This document shows, in pieces, positions 54,605-62,745 of a stretch of DNA of 62,745 nt (the stretch's first letter is position 1; every line of letters begins with the position of its first letter). A model generated the notes under the pieces. It saw only the letters and a program-made list of their open reading frames with translations, ran no database searches and was not told the DNA's origin. The stretch comes from Deltaproteobacteria bacterium (lineage in GTDB: Bacteria; Desulfobacterota; GWC2-55-46): NCBI GenBank assembly GCA_016234405.1, contig JACRCC010000002.1, positions 1 through 62,745 on the forward strand, read 5' to 3'. The position numbers and the translations under genes were made by a program.

Positions 54605-55990
54605 ATGGCGGGAGGTTTTATGAGATTTTTAGGATACATATTAATTGATACATGCCTCGGCGTCCGTGTCCGCCGTCGTTTCCTGTGGATGGCCTTGTGC
54701 GCCATTGCGGTCTTTTCGTTTATGGCGCAAGGGCAAGCCGCGGCCGAGTTCAAAAAAACCAAAATTGCGGTGCTTGATTTTGCCCTGCAGGGCGAGGAAC
54801 AAGAGACAAAGGACATGGGCAAGATCGTTGCCGAGTGGCTCATCACCGGCCTTGTGCAGGCGGGGAGGTTCGACGTTATCGAAAGAAGCCTCCTTGAAAA
54901 GATTTTGAAGGAACAGGAACTCCCCATGTACGGCATCGTTGACTCAAAGGGCGCGGCAAAGACCGGACAGATAGTCGGCGCAAAGGTCGTCATCACCGGT
55001 TCGGTCATGAAGCTCCGGCAATTCATTGAGGTCAGCGCAAGGATCATCAACGTCGAGGACGGCTCGATAATAGCGGCCGAAAAGGTGAAGAGCGACAGCG
55101 CAATAAGGCTCGAAGACCTCGTTTCTCAGATGGTCGGGAAGATAATACAGGACTTTCCGTTAGAGGGTTACATCGTGGCTCGCGGAGACGGCAATTCCGT
55201 TACCGTTGACATCGGGAAGCGGGCCGGCGCAAAGGTGGGGAAGCGGTTCATGGTATATAAAGAGGGCAAGGTCATAAAGCACCCTAAAACCGGAGAGGTG
55301 CTCGACGTGGAAAGGGTGGAGATAGGAGAGTTGGAACTCAGGGAGGTTAAGGAGAAGACCTCAACCGGCGTAGTCTTGAGCGAGATTCCGCCGTATAAGA
55401 TTACCTACGGACAAATGGTAAGGAGCACGGCCGAGGGTTTTGCCGGGGAGGAGTCCCATTACCAAAGCGGCGGAGAAACGGCGGCCGTATCTATGAGCGA
55501 TTTCAAGGTGGGCACGGAGTATTATCTCCGCGCCGCGCTTCGCGCCTTCAAGAATAAGATTACATGGGAAAACGCCCAAAACGGCGCGCTCATACCCGCG
55601 GGCGAAAAGATAACGCTCGTGGAGAAGCGAAGAAACGCCGTCAGGTTTACGAATAAGGGTACGGAGTACATCTTCGTGTATCACGGCGGAAAGACGCCTA
55701 ACGACTATATGCTCTCGAAATTCTTCGCTAAAGAAGACCCCTCTGCGGTAATAGCCTCCTATTCTAACGACGTCAAGACGTTCATCGCCAACGGGAAGGC
55801 GGCAACCGGAATGACAAAGGCGCAGGTGCTCTACGCGATGGGCGTGCCTTTGGAAGCAGACAAGAAAAAGACGTTCAACATGACGATTGACGGCATCTTG
55901 AAGTCGAACCTGTGGAAATATAAGTTGGGGTTTATGGACAATCTCTATATAAAATTCTTGGACGACAAGGTCTCGGTCATTAAAGATTAG
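54605..55990 (+). CDS. Secreted multidomain hypothetical protein: a CsgG/LpoB-like N-domain, a beta-barrel middle, and a BamE/SmpA_OmlA-like C-domain
   Basis: A signal peptide is present (...WMALCAIAVFSFMAQGQAAA). The N-domain is KIAVLDF...IVAEWLITGLVQAGRFDVIERSLLEKILKEQ...VITGSV. The C-terminus is GMTKAQVLYAMGVPL...W.Y. The start is uncertain. Confidence 0.5.
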   Translation: MAGGFMRFLGYILIDTCLGVRVRRRFLWMALCAIAVFSFMAQGQAAAEFKKTKIAVLDFALQGEEQETKDMGKIVAEWLITGLVQAGRFDVIERSLLEKILKEQELPMYGIVDSKGAAKTGQIVGAKVVITGSVMKLRQFIEVSARIINVEDGSIIAAEKVKSDSAIRLEDLVSQMVGKIIQDFPLEGYIVARGDGNSVTVDIGKRAGAKVGKRFMVYKEGKVIKHPKTGEVLDVERVEIGELELREVKEKTSTGVVLSEIPPYKITYGQMVRSTAEGFAGEESHYQSGGETAAVSMSDFKVGTEYYLRAALRAFKNKITWENAQNGALIPAGEKITLVEKRRNAVRFTNKGTEYIFVYHGGKTPNDYMLSKFFAKEDPSAVIASYSNDVKTFIANGKAATGMTKAQVLYAMGVPLEADKKKTFNMTIDGILKSNLWKYKLGFMDNLYIKFLDDKVSVIKD

Positions 55991-56054
55991 ATGGCCGAGT
56001 TTTTTACGGTTTGACGGCGACTGCGAAATACGACTGGAGAAAGAGGAACAATAG

Positions 56055-56498
56055 ATGGAAATCAAAGAACTGAAAGCGCTTTATAAGTTTCTCGTCGAAA
56101 CCGACATAGTCGAGCTTGAGATTGAAGGGGAGAAAGGCAAGGTAAGGATCAAGCGCGCAGTCGCCCGCGCCTTGGAGTCATTGCCCGCGGCCGCGCACCG
56201 GCAGTCCCCTGTGACGGAAGCGAAAATAGAAGGCCCTGAGGCGAAGAAAGACGACATCAGGATAATGACGTCTCCGATGGTCGGGACGTTTTACAGGTCT
56301 TCGGCCCCTGACGCGCAGGCGTTCGTCGAGGTCGGCTCGATAATAAAGAGCGGGCAGGCGCTTTGCATAATCGAGGCCATGAAGCTCATGAACGAGGTGG
56401 AGAGCGAGTTTTCAGGCAAGATAGTCTCGATACTCGTCGAAAACGGCCAGCCCGTGGAGTACGGTGAGCCGCTCTTCCATATCGAGGCGTCCAAGTAA
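56055..56498 (+). CDS. accB: Biotin carboxyl carrier protein of acetyl-CoA carboxylase
   Basis: The biotinylation motif is [14 protein letters not shown] Pro/Ala linker is present. 147 aa. Confidence 0.93.
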   Translation: MEIKELKALYKFLVETDIVELEIEGEKGKVRIKRAVARALESLPAAAHRQSPVTEAKIEGPEAKKDDIRIMTSPMVGTFYRSSAPDAQAFVEVGSIIKSGQALCIIEAMKLMNEVESEFSGKIVSILVENGQPVEYGEPLFHIEASK

Positions 56499-56523
56499 GG
56501 TTGGGGAGTAGTGTGCGGGAAAT

Positions 56524-56577
56524 CGTAGCTCAGGGCTTTAGCCCTGAAGTGTTCCAGACCTGTTGCTCTGAGCTACG
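56524..56577. repeat. GTAGCTCAG element, copy 4 (second inner hairpin degenerate), nested in a larger palindrome at 56505-56610
   Basis: The element is cGTAGCTCAGGGCTTTAGCCCTGaagtgttccagacctgttgctCTGAGCTACg. The outer arms are ggggagtagtgtgcgggaaat and tttcgcatcccactcccc. Confidence 0.8.
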
Positions 56578-56631
56578 ACCTTTCGCATCCCACTCCCCAT
56601 TTTTCCGTTAAGGGGAGTAAAGTTAGAGACC

Positions 56632-57966
56632 ATGTTCAATAAGATACTCATAGCAAACAGGGGCGAGATAGCCGTAAGGATAATACGCGCCTGCAAGGAG
56701 ATGGGGATACGCACGTTGGCGGTTTATTCCGAGGCCGACAGGGATGCCCTTCACACGCGGTTGGCGGACGGCGCCATCTGTATAGGGCCGCCCAAGAGCG
56801 CGGACAGCTATCTGAACATCCAATCCATCATAAGCGCCATGGAGGTCGCCGACGCGGAGGCCGTGCATCCGGGATACGGTTTTCTGGCGGAAAACGCCTC
56901 CTTTGCCGAGGCGTGCGAGAAGTGCGGGATAAAGTTCATAGGCCCCGCCTCCTCGGTCATGAGGCTCATGGGCAACAAGGTCGGCGCCAAGAAAAAGGCC
57001 GAAGAACTCAACGTGTCGGTGCTCCCGTGGAGCAACAGGGCGCTCGTTGACGAGAAGGAGGCCATAGAGGTATCGAAAAAGATCGGTTTTCCCGTGCTTA
57101 TTAAGGCCGCAAGCGGCGGAGGCGGCAGGGGCATGAAGCTCGTGCACACGCAGGCGTCGCTGGGCAGCGCCTTCAACATGGCTAAGAGCGAGGCAATCGC
57201 GGCCTTCGGAGACGGAGAGGTCTTTATCGAGCGCTACTGCGAGTTGCCCCGCCACATAGAGATACAAATCGCAGCCGACGAGCACGGCAACGTCATACAT
57301 CTCGGCGAGCGTGAATGTTCGATTCAGAGGAGGCACCAGAAGATACTCGAAGAATCTCCGTCTCCGGCGCTCGACCCCAAATTGCGTCAGAAGATGGGGG
57401 AGACGGCGGTTAAACTCGCAAAGGGCATCGGTTACACGAACGTGGGCACGATGGAGTTTCTGCTCGACAAGGACAAACGCTTTTACTTCATGGAGATGAA
57501 CGCGCGGGTGCAGGTTGAGCACCCCGTGACCGAGTTCGTCACGGGCGTTGACTTGGTGAAGGAGCAGATAAAGATAGCGATGGGCGAGAGGACGGCCTTG
57601 AAGCAGAAAAACGTAGTCATGAAAGGGCACAGCATCGAGTGCAGGATAAACGCCGAAGACCCCAAGACCTTCATGCCGTCTCCCGGAAAGATAACGGGCC
57701 TTACAATGCCGGGCGGCCCTGGCGTAAGGGTTGACAGCGCCATTTACTGCGGCAGCCATGTGCCGCCGTATTACGATAATCTTATCGCAAAGGTGATAGT
57801 CCACGCCGAGGGGCGCATGGACGCGATAGCCCGCATGAGCAGGGCGCTTGAAGAGTTTCAAATCGTCGGCATCAAGACCAACATCCCGCTCCACTTAAAG
57901 ATACTCAAAGACCACGACTTCATCGCGGGCAAGACCGATATTGATTTTCTCTCCAGATTTACGTAA
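56632..57966 (+). CDS. accC: Biotin carboxylase subunit of acetyl-CoA carboxylase
   Basis: The N-terminus is [29 protein letters not shown]-grasp motifs, [14 protein letters not shown]. 444 aa. Confidence 0.96.
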   Translation: MFNKILIANRGEIAVRIIRACKEMGIRTLAVYSEADRDALHTRLADGAICIGPPKSADSYLNIQSIISAMEVADAEAVHPGYGFLAENASFAEACEKCGIKFIGPASSVMRLMGNKVGAKKKAEELNVSVLPWSNRALVDEKEAIEVSKKIGFPVLIKAASGGGGRGMKLVHTQASLGSAFNMAKSEAIAAFGDGEVFIERYCELPRHIEIQIAADEHGNVIHLGERECSIQRRHQKILEESPSPALDPKLRQKMGETAVKLAKGIGYTNVGTMEFLLDKDKRFYFMEMNARVQVEHPVTEFVTGVDLVKEQIKIAMGERTALKQKNVVMKGHSIECRINAEDPKTFMPSPGKITGLTMPGGPGVRVDSAIYCGSHVPPYYDNLIAKVIVHAEGRMDAIARMSRALEEFQIVGIKTNIPLHLKILKDHDFIAGKTDIDFLSRFT

Positions 57967-58094
57967 AATAACCTGAACAAGTTTTGAGTTTTTCCGCAAA
58001 TTCCTACCGGGGAGCAGGAAGCGGGAGGCGGATAGCGGTAATCCCTTTTACTTCTAACGGCATGGTTTTTTACGGTAATTATTAAGGCGGTCAG

Positions 58095-58910
58095 ATGTCT
58101 GAGAACTGGAGATTGATACTGGATCCGTTGCTTGACGGCCGCGAGAACATGGCCGTTGACGAAGCGGTGTTGACCTCATCGGATGGGTCGCGGGAATTTA
58201 CCCCCACGCTCAGGCTCTACGGCTGGAGCGGCCCCACCCTCTCGATAGGGTATCATCAGGACGCGGCGGGGTTCTCGGACTGCGGTCTTCCGGTCGTGCG
58301 CAGGGTTACGGGCGGCAGGGCGGTCTTGCACGATTCCGAGATAACTTATTCAATAGTGGCGCCGACTGCGCACCCGCTTTTTTCAGGAGGCATAACAACG
58401 GCGTATTTCGAGATAAGCCGTTGTATCTTATCCGCGCTAAGAGACGCGGGTATCAACGCTTCGATGTCGGGGCGGGCAGCGAAGACACGGCCCTCCGATG
58501 GCGCCGGGCAGGCCTGTTTTTCCGCGCCGTCAAGGCATGAACTGCTCGTCAACGGACAAAAGATAGCAGGCAGCGCGCAGAGGAGGTTTAAAAGCGCCTT
58601 CCTGCAGCACGGCTCGATACTCTTTTCAATCGCCGAAGAACTCAACGGACGCATCTTCGGACGCGGCCTTCAGGGCGCCATGACGTGCATAAGCGCGCAC
58701 AGCGCGGTAACGGCGGCGGAGATGCGGGGGCTTCTCGTAAAGGGTTTTTCCGCGGGCCTCGAAGCAAAGTTTCAGACCGTCAAACTCAGCGGGGCCGAAG
58801 AGTATATCAAGGACGGGCTTATGGAATCGAGATATTCAACTCCGGAGTGGACATCCGGGGCAATTGACCGCACGAGGCGCATTAGGGGCTTGGACGCTTA
58901 TGGGCGCTAA
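58095..58910 (+). CDS. Lipoate-protein ligase / octanoyltransferase family protein (BPL/LPL catalytic domain, LipM/LplA-like)
   Basis: ENMAVDEAVL, LRLYGWSGPTLSIGYHQ, VVRRVTGGRAVLHDSEITYS, KIAGSAQRR. Confidence 0.8.
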   Translation: MSENWRLILDPLLDGRENMAVDEAVLTSSDGSREFTPTLRLYGWSGPTLSIGYHQDAAGFSDCGLPVVRRVTGGRAVLHDSEITYSIVAPTAHPLFSGGITTAYFEISRCILSALRDAGINASMSGRAAKTRPSDGAGQACFSAPSRHELLVNGQKIAGSAQRRFKSAFLQHGSILFSIAEELNGRIFGRGLQGAMTCISAHSAVTAAEMRGLLVKGFSAGLEAKFQTVKLSGAEEYIKDGLMESRYSTPEWTSGAIDRTRRIRGLDAYGR

Positions 58911-60957
58911 GGAAACCGCGATAGAGAAGGCGCAGGCCTTCGCAGCGAAGGGCAATTTCGACAAGGCCGCAGCGGAGTACAAAAAGGCCGTCACACTTGA
59001 CCCCAAGGACGTCTCTGTGCGTTTGAAACTCGGGGACCTCCACGTGAAGACCGGCAATAAGACCGAGGCCGTGAACGAGTACAAGGAGGTCGCCAAGGTC
59101 CACTCTCAGAAGGGGTTCTACCTCAAGGCCATCGCGGTCTATAAACAAATACTCAAGATCGAAGAGGCCAACTTCGACGTTCACTACAAATTGGCCGAGC
59201 TTTACGCCCGCCAGAAACTCACCTCTGACGCCATCAGCGAATACAGCATCCTCGTCAACAGCTTCGAGAAAAAGGGCAAGACCGGCGAGGTGGTGCAGCT
59301 CTTGAAAGAGATGCTTGACATTGACCCTGAGAACACCACCGTCCGTCTTAAACTCGCGCAGCACTACCAAAAATTGAATTTTGAAAAGGACGCCCTTAAC
59401 GAGTACGGAATTATCTTCGAAAAATACGTCGTTCAAAATAAGCTCGACAAGGCCGAGAAACTCTATCATGGCCTTCACGACGCAAACCCCCAAAACGCGC
59501 AGATCTTGAAGGGTTTGGCCGTCATAAACATCAAGCGCGGCGACGGGGGCAAGTTCCTTAAATATGCCAAACCGCTCTTCCACATATATAAAGAGACCGG
59601 GGACGCGGAAAACGCCAAGGCAATGGCCGAGGCGATAGTTGACGCCGATAAGAAGGACATGGAGTGTCTGACATACCTCGGCCGCGACACCGGCAGCGGC
59701 GTTTGGCTGGGCGCAAAACCAACGGAAAAGCCGGCGGAAAAGCCGGCAGAAAAGCCGCCGATAAAGACGGAAGCGCCATCTTCGGATGGCGAGCCTCTTA
59801 TCTCATTCCCCGATGAACCGGTCAAGACTCAGGCGGCTCCTAAACCTAAAGAAGAAGACGAGCCGCTTATCTCGTGGCCAGAGGAGGGCATCGAGATAGG
59901 GGTGAAGCCGGAAGCGCCGCCTTTGATAGAATTCCCCTCTTCGGTTGAAGCGAAAAAAGAGGAGCCGGTTGAGGAGGAGTTACCACCTCCGGTTGAAGCG
60001 AAAAAAGAGGAACCGGTTGAGGAGGAGGTGGAATTACCCTTAGACGGGGCACTGCCGGCTTCAAGCGACGAGGACGAGTTCGAGGTTGAGATACCTTCGG
60101 GGGATGAGGAAACAGAGCTTGAGGGCGAGGTCATAGAGATAGAAACCCCCACAGGCGAGATGTCCCAGACGGATATAGACGAGCTTATGGTCGCCGGTCA
60201 TCTAACCGAGGCCGCCGAAGAGGTTACTGCCGCTTCCGAGGTTGAGATGGGGGGTGGGGTCAATCATGATGAACATCCGCACGGGGGCGCTCAGACGTCT
60301 GCCGTGTCGCACGAAGATCTTTTTAAATCCATAACCGAACTGACGGAGCACGTCGAGCCCGATGAAGAGATCTCAGACGTGCTGCTTGTGGATACGGAGG
60401 AGATAATAGAAGAGCCCGTGCCCGTGACGGCGAAGAAGGCTTGGAGGGAGAAAAAAGAGGACTACGTCGACCTCTCCGCGGAACTTGGCTTGGATGCGTC
60501 TTCCATGCGGGAAGAGGAAGAGGAAGAAGCAGAGGCGGGAAAGGAGGACTTTGAAACGCACTTCAACCTCGGCATCGCGTACATGGAAATGGAGATGCAC
60601 GGCGAGGCCGCAAAGGAATTCAAGATAGCGCTTAAAGACCCGAAACTCGAATTTGAGTGTTATACGCGGCTCGGACTCTGCGCGATGTCTGAGAAAAACT
60701 ACGATGAGGCGATTGCCTGCTATGTGAAGGGGTTAAAAATCCCCAACAGAAACGACGACGAGAGAAAGGGCATGATGTACGAGCTGGCCATCGTCTACGA
60801 GGCGTCCCATAAAAAAGAAGAGGCATTCAAGCTCTTTGGCGCGATAAATTCGATAGACCCCGATTACAGGGAGGCGTCGCTCAAGGTCAAACTCTATTCC
60901 GAAGATGCCGTCAAGATACCAAAGGACGACGGACTTATAGAGGTGGAATTGCTGTGA
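58900..60957 (+). CDS. TPR-repeat protein with a long acidic repeat-containing linker
   Basis: N-terminal TPRs are present (AEYKKAVTLDPKD..., YKQILKIEEANFDVHYKLAELY...). The central acidic region has EKPAEKPAEKP, three (E/P)PLIx(F/W)P motifs and a VEAKKEEPVEEE duplication. C-terminal TPRs are also present. ATG 58900 is preferred over the upstream ORF-track start (58864). Confidence 0.7.
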   Translation: MGAKETAIEKAQAFAAKGNFDKAAAEYKKAVTLDPKDVSVRLKLGDLHVKTGNKTEAVNEYKEVAKVHSQKGFYLKAIAVYKQILKIEEANFDVHYKLAELYARQKLTSDAISEYSILVNSFEKKGKTGEVVQLLKEMLDIDPENTTVRLKLAQHYQKLNFEKDALNEYGIIFEKYVVQNKLDKAEKLYHGLHDANPQNAQILKGLAVINIKRGDGGKFLKYAKPLFHIYKETGDAENAKAMAEAIVDADKKDMECLTYLGRDTGSGVWLGAKPTEKPAEKPAEKPPIKTEAPSSDGEPLISFPDEPVKTQAAPKPKEEDEPLISWPEEGIEIGVKPEAPPLIEFPSSVEAKKEEPVEEELPPPVEAKKEEPVEEEVELPLDGALPASSDEDEFEVEIPSGDEETELEGEVIEIETPTGEMSQTDIDELMVAGHLTEAAEEVTAASEVEMGGGVNHDEHPHGGAQTSAVSHEDLFKSITELTEHVEPDEEISDVLLVDTEEIIEEPVPVTAKKAWREKKEDYVDLSAELGLDASSMREEEEEEAEAGKEDFETHFNLGIAYMEMEMHGEAAKEFKIALKDPKLEFECYTRLGLCAMSEKNYDEAIACYVKGLKIPNRNDDERKGMMYELAIVYEASHKKEEAFKLFGAINSIDPDYREASLKVKLYSEDAVKIPKDDGLIEVELL

Positions 60958-60986
60958 AGCCCGGAAAAAAAGCCGGTGTTATAACA

Positions 60987-61036
60987 AGGAGCCGGAGAAA
61001 AGGGGAATTATCCTCTACTCCGGCTCCTTTCGTTTC
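60987..61036 (+). terminator. Hairpin plus T-rich tail downstream of the TPR gene
   Basis: aGGAGCCGGAG (60987-60997) pairs with CTCCGGCTCCt (61018-61028), followed by ttcgtttc. The 20-nt loop is large for an intrinsic terminator. Confidence 0.4.
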
Positions 61037-61091
61037 AAGGAGGGCAACCCCCTCGTCGAGCGCCCCCTTCAAGCGGCCGTTGCGTTCCAGC

Positions 61092-62480
61092 GTGTTTTCC
61101 CGGCGCAATGTCTTCAAGGCTCTCTATCTACTGTCAAAAGAAAAAGGCGTCAAGGTCTATCTTGTAGGCGGGGCGCTCCGTAACCTATATCTTTCAAGAC
61201 CGTTTGAGCCTGATATTGACTTCGTGCTCGACGACGGGATTGACGACTTTCCGGATGCGGCGGCAGCGCGGCTCGGCGGCAAGTCCTTTATCCTCGACAA
61301 GGAGACCAAGGCCGCGAGGGTCATCGTCAAAAAAGGGGGAATTACCCCCTTCGCCCCTAAGACCTATACGCTTGATTTTTCCCCGATGGATGGGGGAGAT
61401 ATAATCCACGACCTCGAAAAAAGAGATTTTACGGTCAATGCGACCGCCGTGGAACTCTCTTCAATATTCGAAGGCGCGGAACTGAAGGTGATTGACCCGT
61501 GCGAAGGCATTGCCGACGCCGAAAAAAAGGTTTTAGCCGCAACAAATAAACGGGTATTTAAAGAAGACCCGTTGAGATGCCTGAGGGCGATAAGGCTTTC
61601 CTTGCAGTGCGGGCTTGCAATAAGCCCCGCTGCGTTTGTTTTGTTGAAGGTTAGCGCGCACCTCCTTAAAAACACCTCTGTCGAACGCATACGCGACGAA
61701 CTCCTGCGTATTTTTTCGTGCGCCGGCGCCGCGCAAGGTTTGAAGACCATTTTTAAAACCGGCATCAACGACACGGCACTGCCTGAGACGCGCGGCTGGG
61801 CGGGAATAGGATTGAAGGGCTATGACCTTTTAACACATTCGTTAAAGACCCTTGAAGAGGCCGAGTCGTTTCTCGCGGATTTCCGCGTGGAGTTTCCAAG
61901 ACACTCAAAGAGACTTGCGCGGCATTTCTCGTCGTCAATCGGTGGCGTTAAAAGGGGTGTTTTTCTCAAGGTGTGCGCCTTTTTTCATGACATGAACGGG
62001 GCTGATACTGCCATGTCTTTGGCAAAGAGGCTTCGTATGAGCAGAAAGCTCGCCGCAGGGTTTTCGTCGGTCGTAAAGAATCACCACAGGTTTTTTGCGT
62101 ATGCCCAATTAAAGGAAAAAAACGCAAGGGCGAAGGCGCATTTTTTCAGGGCGGCTGGAGGGAGCCTCGGCGTTGACGTTGTTTTTATTGCCTTAGCCCA
62201 CGCAATGGCCACGCGCAAACGTGGGTACCCTGAGGTAAAAAAAGCCGCCGGAGAACTTCTCGAATATTATTACGGCGTCTTTACGCGAAAAAGACAGGGG
62301 CCGATTCTTACGGGTGCGCAAGTGATGAGGATATTCGGGGTTTCGGAAGGCCCGCTCGTCGGAGAGATGCTTGAGGGTATATCCGGGGCAGTGGATGCCG
62401 GGGCCGTCACAAACAAAAAAGAGGCCGTTGAATACATCCAAAGCAGATTTTTTCCAAACGGCCAGGGGCACGGGGATTAA
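61092..62480 (+). CDS. CCA-adding enzyme / poly(A) polymerase family nucleotidyltransferase with a C-terminal HD-like region
   Basis: VYLVGGALRNLYL....DIDFV is the PolyA_pol head motif. RDFTVNA and DPLRCLRAIR are present. GTG 61092 is proposed as the start. The ORF-track start 60954 adds 46 low-complexity residues spanning the hairpin at 60987-61028. Confidence 0.8.
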   Translation: MFSRRNVFKALYLLSKEKGVKVYLVGGALRNLYLSRPFEPDIDFVLDDGIDDFPDAAAARLGGKSFILDKETKAARVIVKKGGITPFAPKTYTLDFSPMDGGDIIHDLEKRDFTVNATAVELSSIFEGAELKVIDPCEGIADAEKKVLAATNKRVFKEDPLRCLRAIRLSLQCGLAISPAAFVLLKVSAHLLKNTSVERIRDELLRIFSCAGAAQGLKTIFKTGINDTALPETRGWAGIGLKGYDLLTHSLKTLEEAESFLADFRVEFPRHSKRLARHFSSSIGGVKRGVFLKVCAFFHDMNGADTAMSLAKRLRMSRKLAAGFSSVVKNHHRFFAYAQLKEKNARAKAHFFRAAGGSLGVDVVFIALAHAMATRKRGYPEVKKAAGELLEYYYGVFTRKRQGPILTGAQVMRIFGVSEGPLVGEMLEGISGAVDAGAVTNKKEAVEYIQSRFFPNGQGHGD

Positions 62481-62508
62481 ACAGGTTTTATTTGTTTTGT
62501 TTTTCCCC

Positions 62509-62537
62509 TTGACACTCCCCGCCCAATCTGGTAACAA
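62509..62537 (+). promoter_or_regulatory. Putative sigma-70 promoter, CCCCTTGACA-N17-TAACAA(T)
   Basis: TTGACA at 62509-62514, a 17-nt spacer, and TAACAA at 62532-62537. It has the same architecture and C-rich upstream context as 26125-26153. Confidence 0.4.
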
Positions 62538-62745
62538 TCATCTAACGTCGCATTGCCGTATTCCCCGCCCTCGCCGTTTTCCTCGATGATCTGGTTTTGT
62601 TTTTCAGCGCGGGGTTTCAGCTTGAACCTTCATCCCGGAGGCTTCGATGACCGGTCTTCCCGCATCAGCAGCGCAGACCCCAAGACGTCTTTGCGAGTCT
62701 TTCGTTTCCGTCATCACTGAGCGAAGCGAACGGGTTCAAAGTAAC

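Noticed and set aside
62371-62589. A 72-aa + strand ORF overlapping the 3' end of the CCA-enzyme gene and the following spacer.
   Set aside because: It is out of frame with a well-supported gene, spans the promoter-like element, and has low-complexity translation.

Overview
This is a 62.7-kb chromosomal segment from a GC-rich Gram-negative bacterium. Every gene I can support, about 63 CDS, lies on the + strand. No rRNA, tRNA, CRISPR array, transposase or prophage is visible. All gene calls come from reading motifs in the supplied translations; no database search was possible.

Housekeeping content:
- Envelope and translation: a dgkA-PAP2 fusion, lnt, prfB (with its programmed +1 frameshift), lepA, lepB.
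- xerC-hslV-hslU.
- A split arginine set: argB, argD, argF, argG, later argJ, plus a short NAGS-like GNAT.
- folK, nadK, recN, a pmbA/tldD-family gene, a Crp-family regulator, an M23 peptidase and secA.
- aroC-aroK-aroB, accB-accC, a lipoate ligase-like gene and a CCA/poly(A) polymerase-family gene.

The main accessory content is a type IV pilus (T4P) supercluster at about 32.0-49.7 kb. Its order is pilD, a sensor kinase, a sigma-54 activator, a -24/-12 promoter, a FimT/U-like gene, a PilV-like gene, a 1559-aa PilW-like gene, a 486-aa PilX-like gene, a terminator, an AT-rich islet with a small XRE gene, then pilMNOPQ.

The most unusual gene is the PilW-like prepilin at 37061-41740. A complete minor-pilin module is followed by about 1,350 aa of FN3-like repeats. 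The operon has no PilY1 or PilE.

The second striking property is a heavy load of at least seven unrelated short palindromic repeat families.
- They sit at gene 3' ends and sometimes supply the stop codon.
- One copy is flanked by a perfect 28-nt duplication of the pilR 3' end.
- Two palindromes appear to be inserted in frame inside xerC and the GNAT gene.

Three small toxin-antitoxin or HEPN loci (hicBA, brnTA, an orphan HEPN) and several AT-rich islets interrupt otherwise conserved operons.
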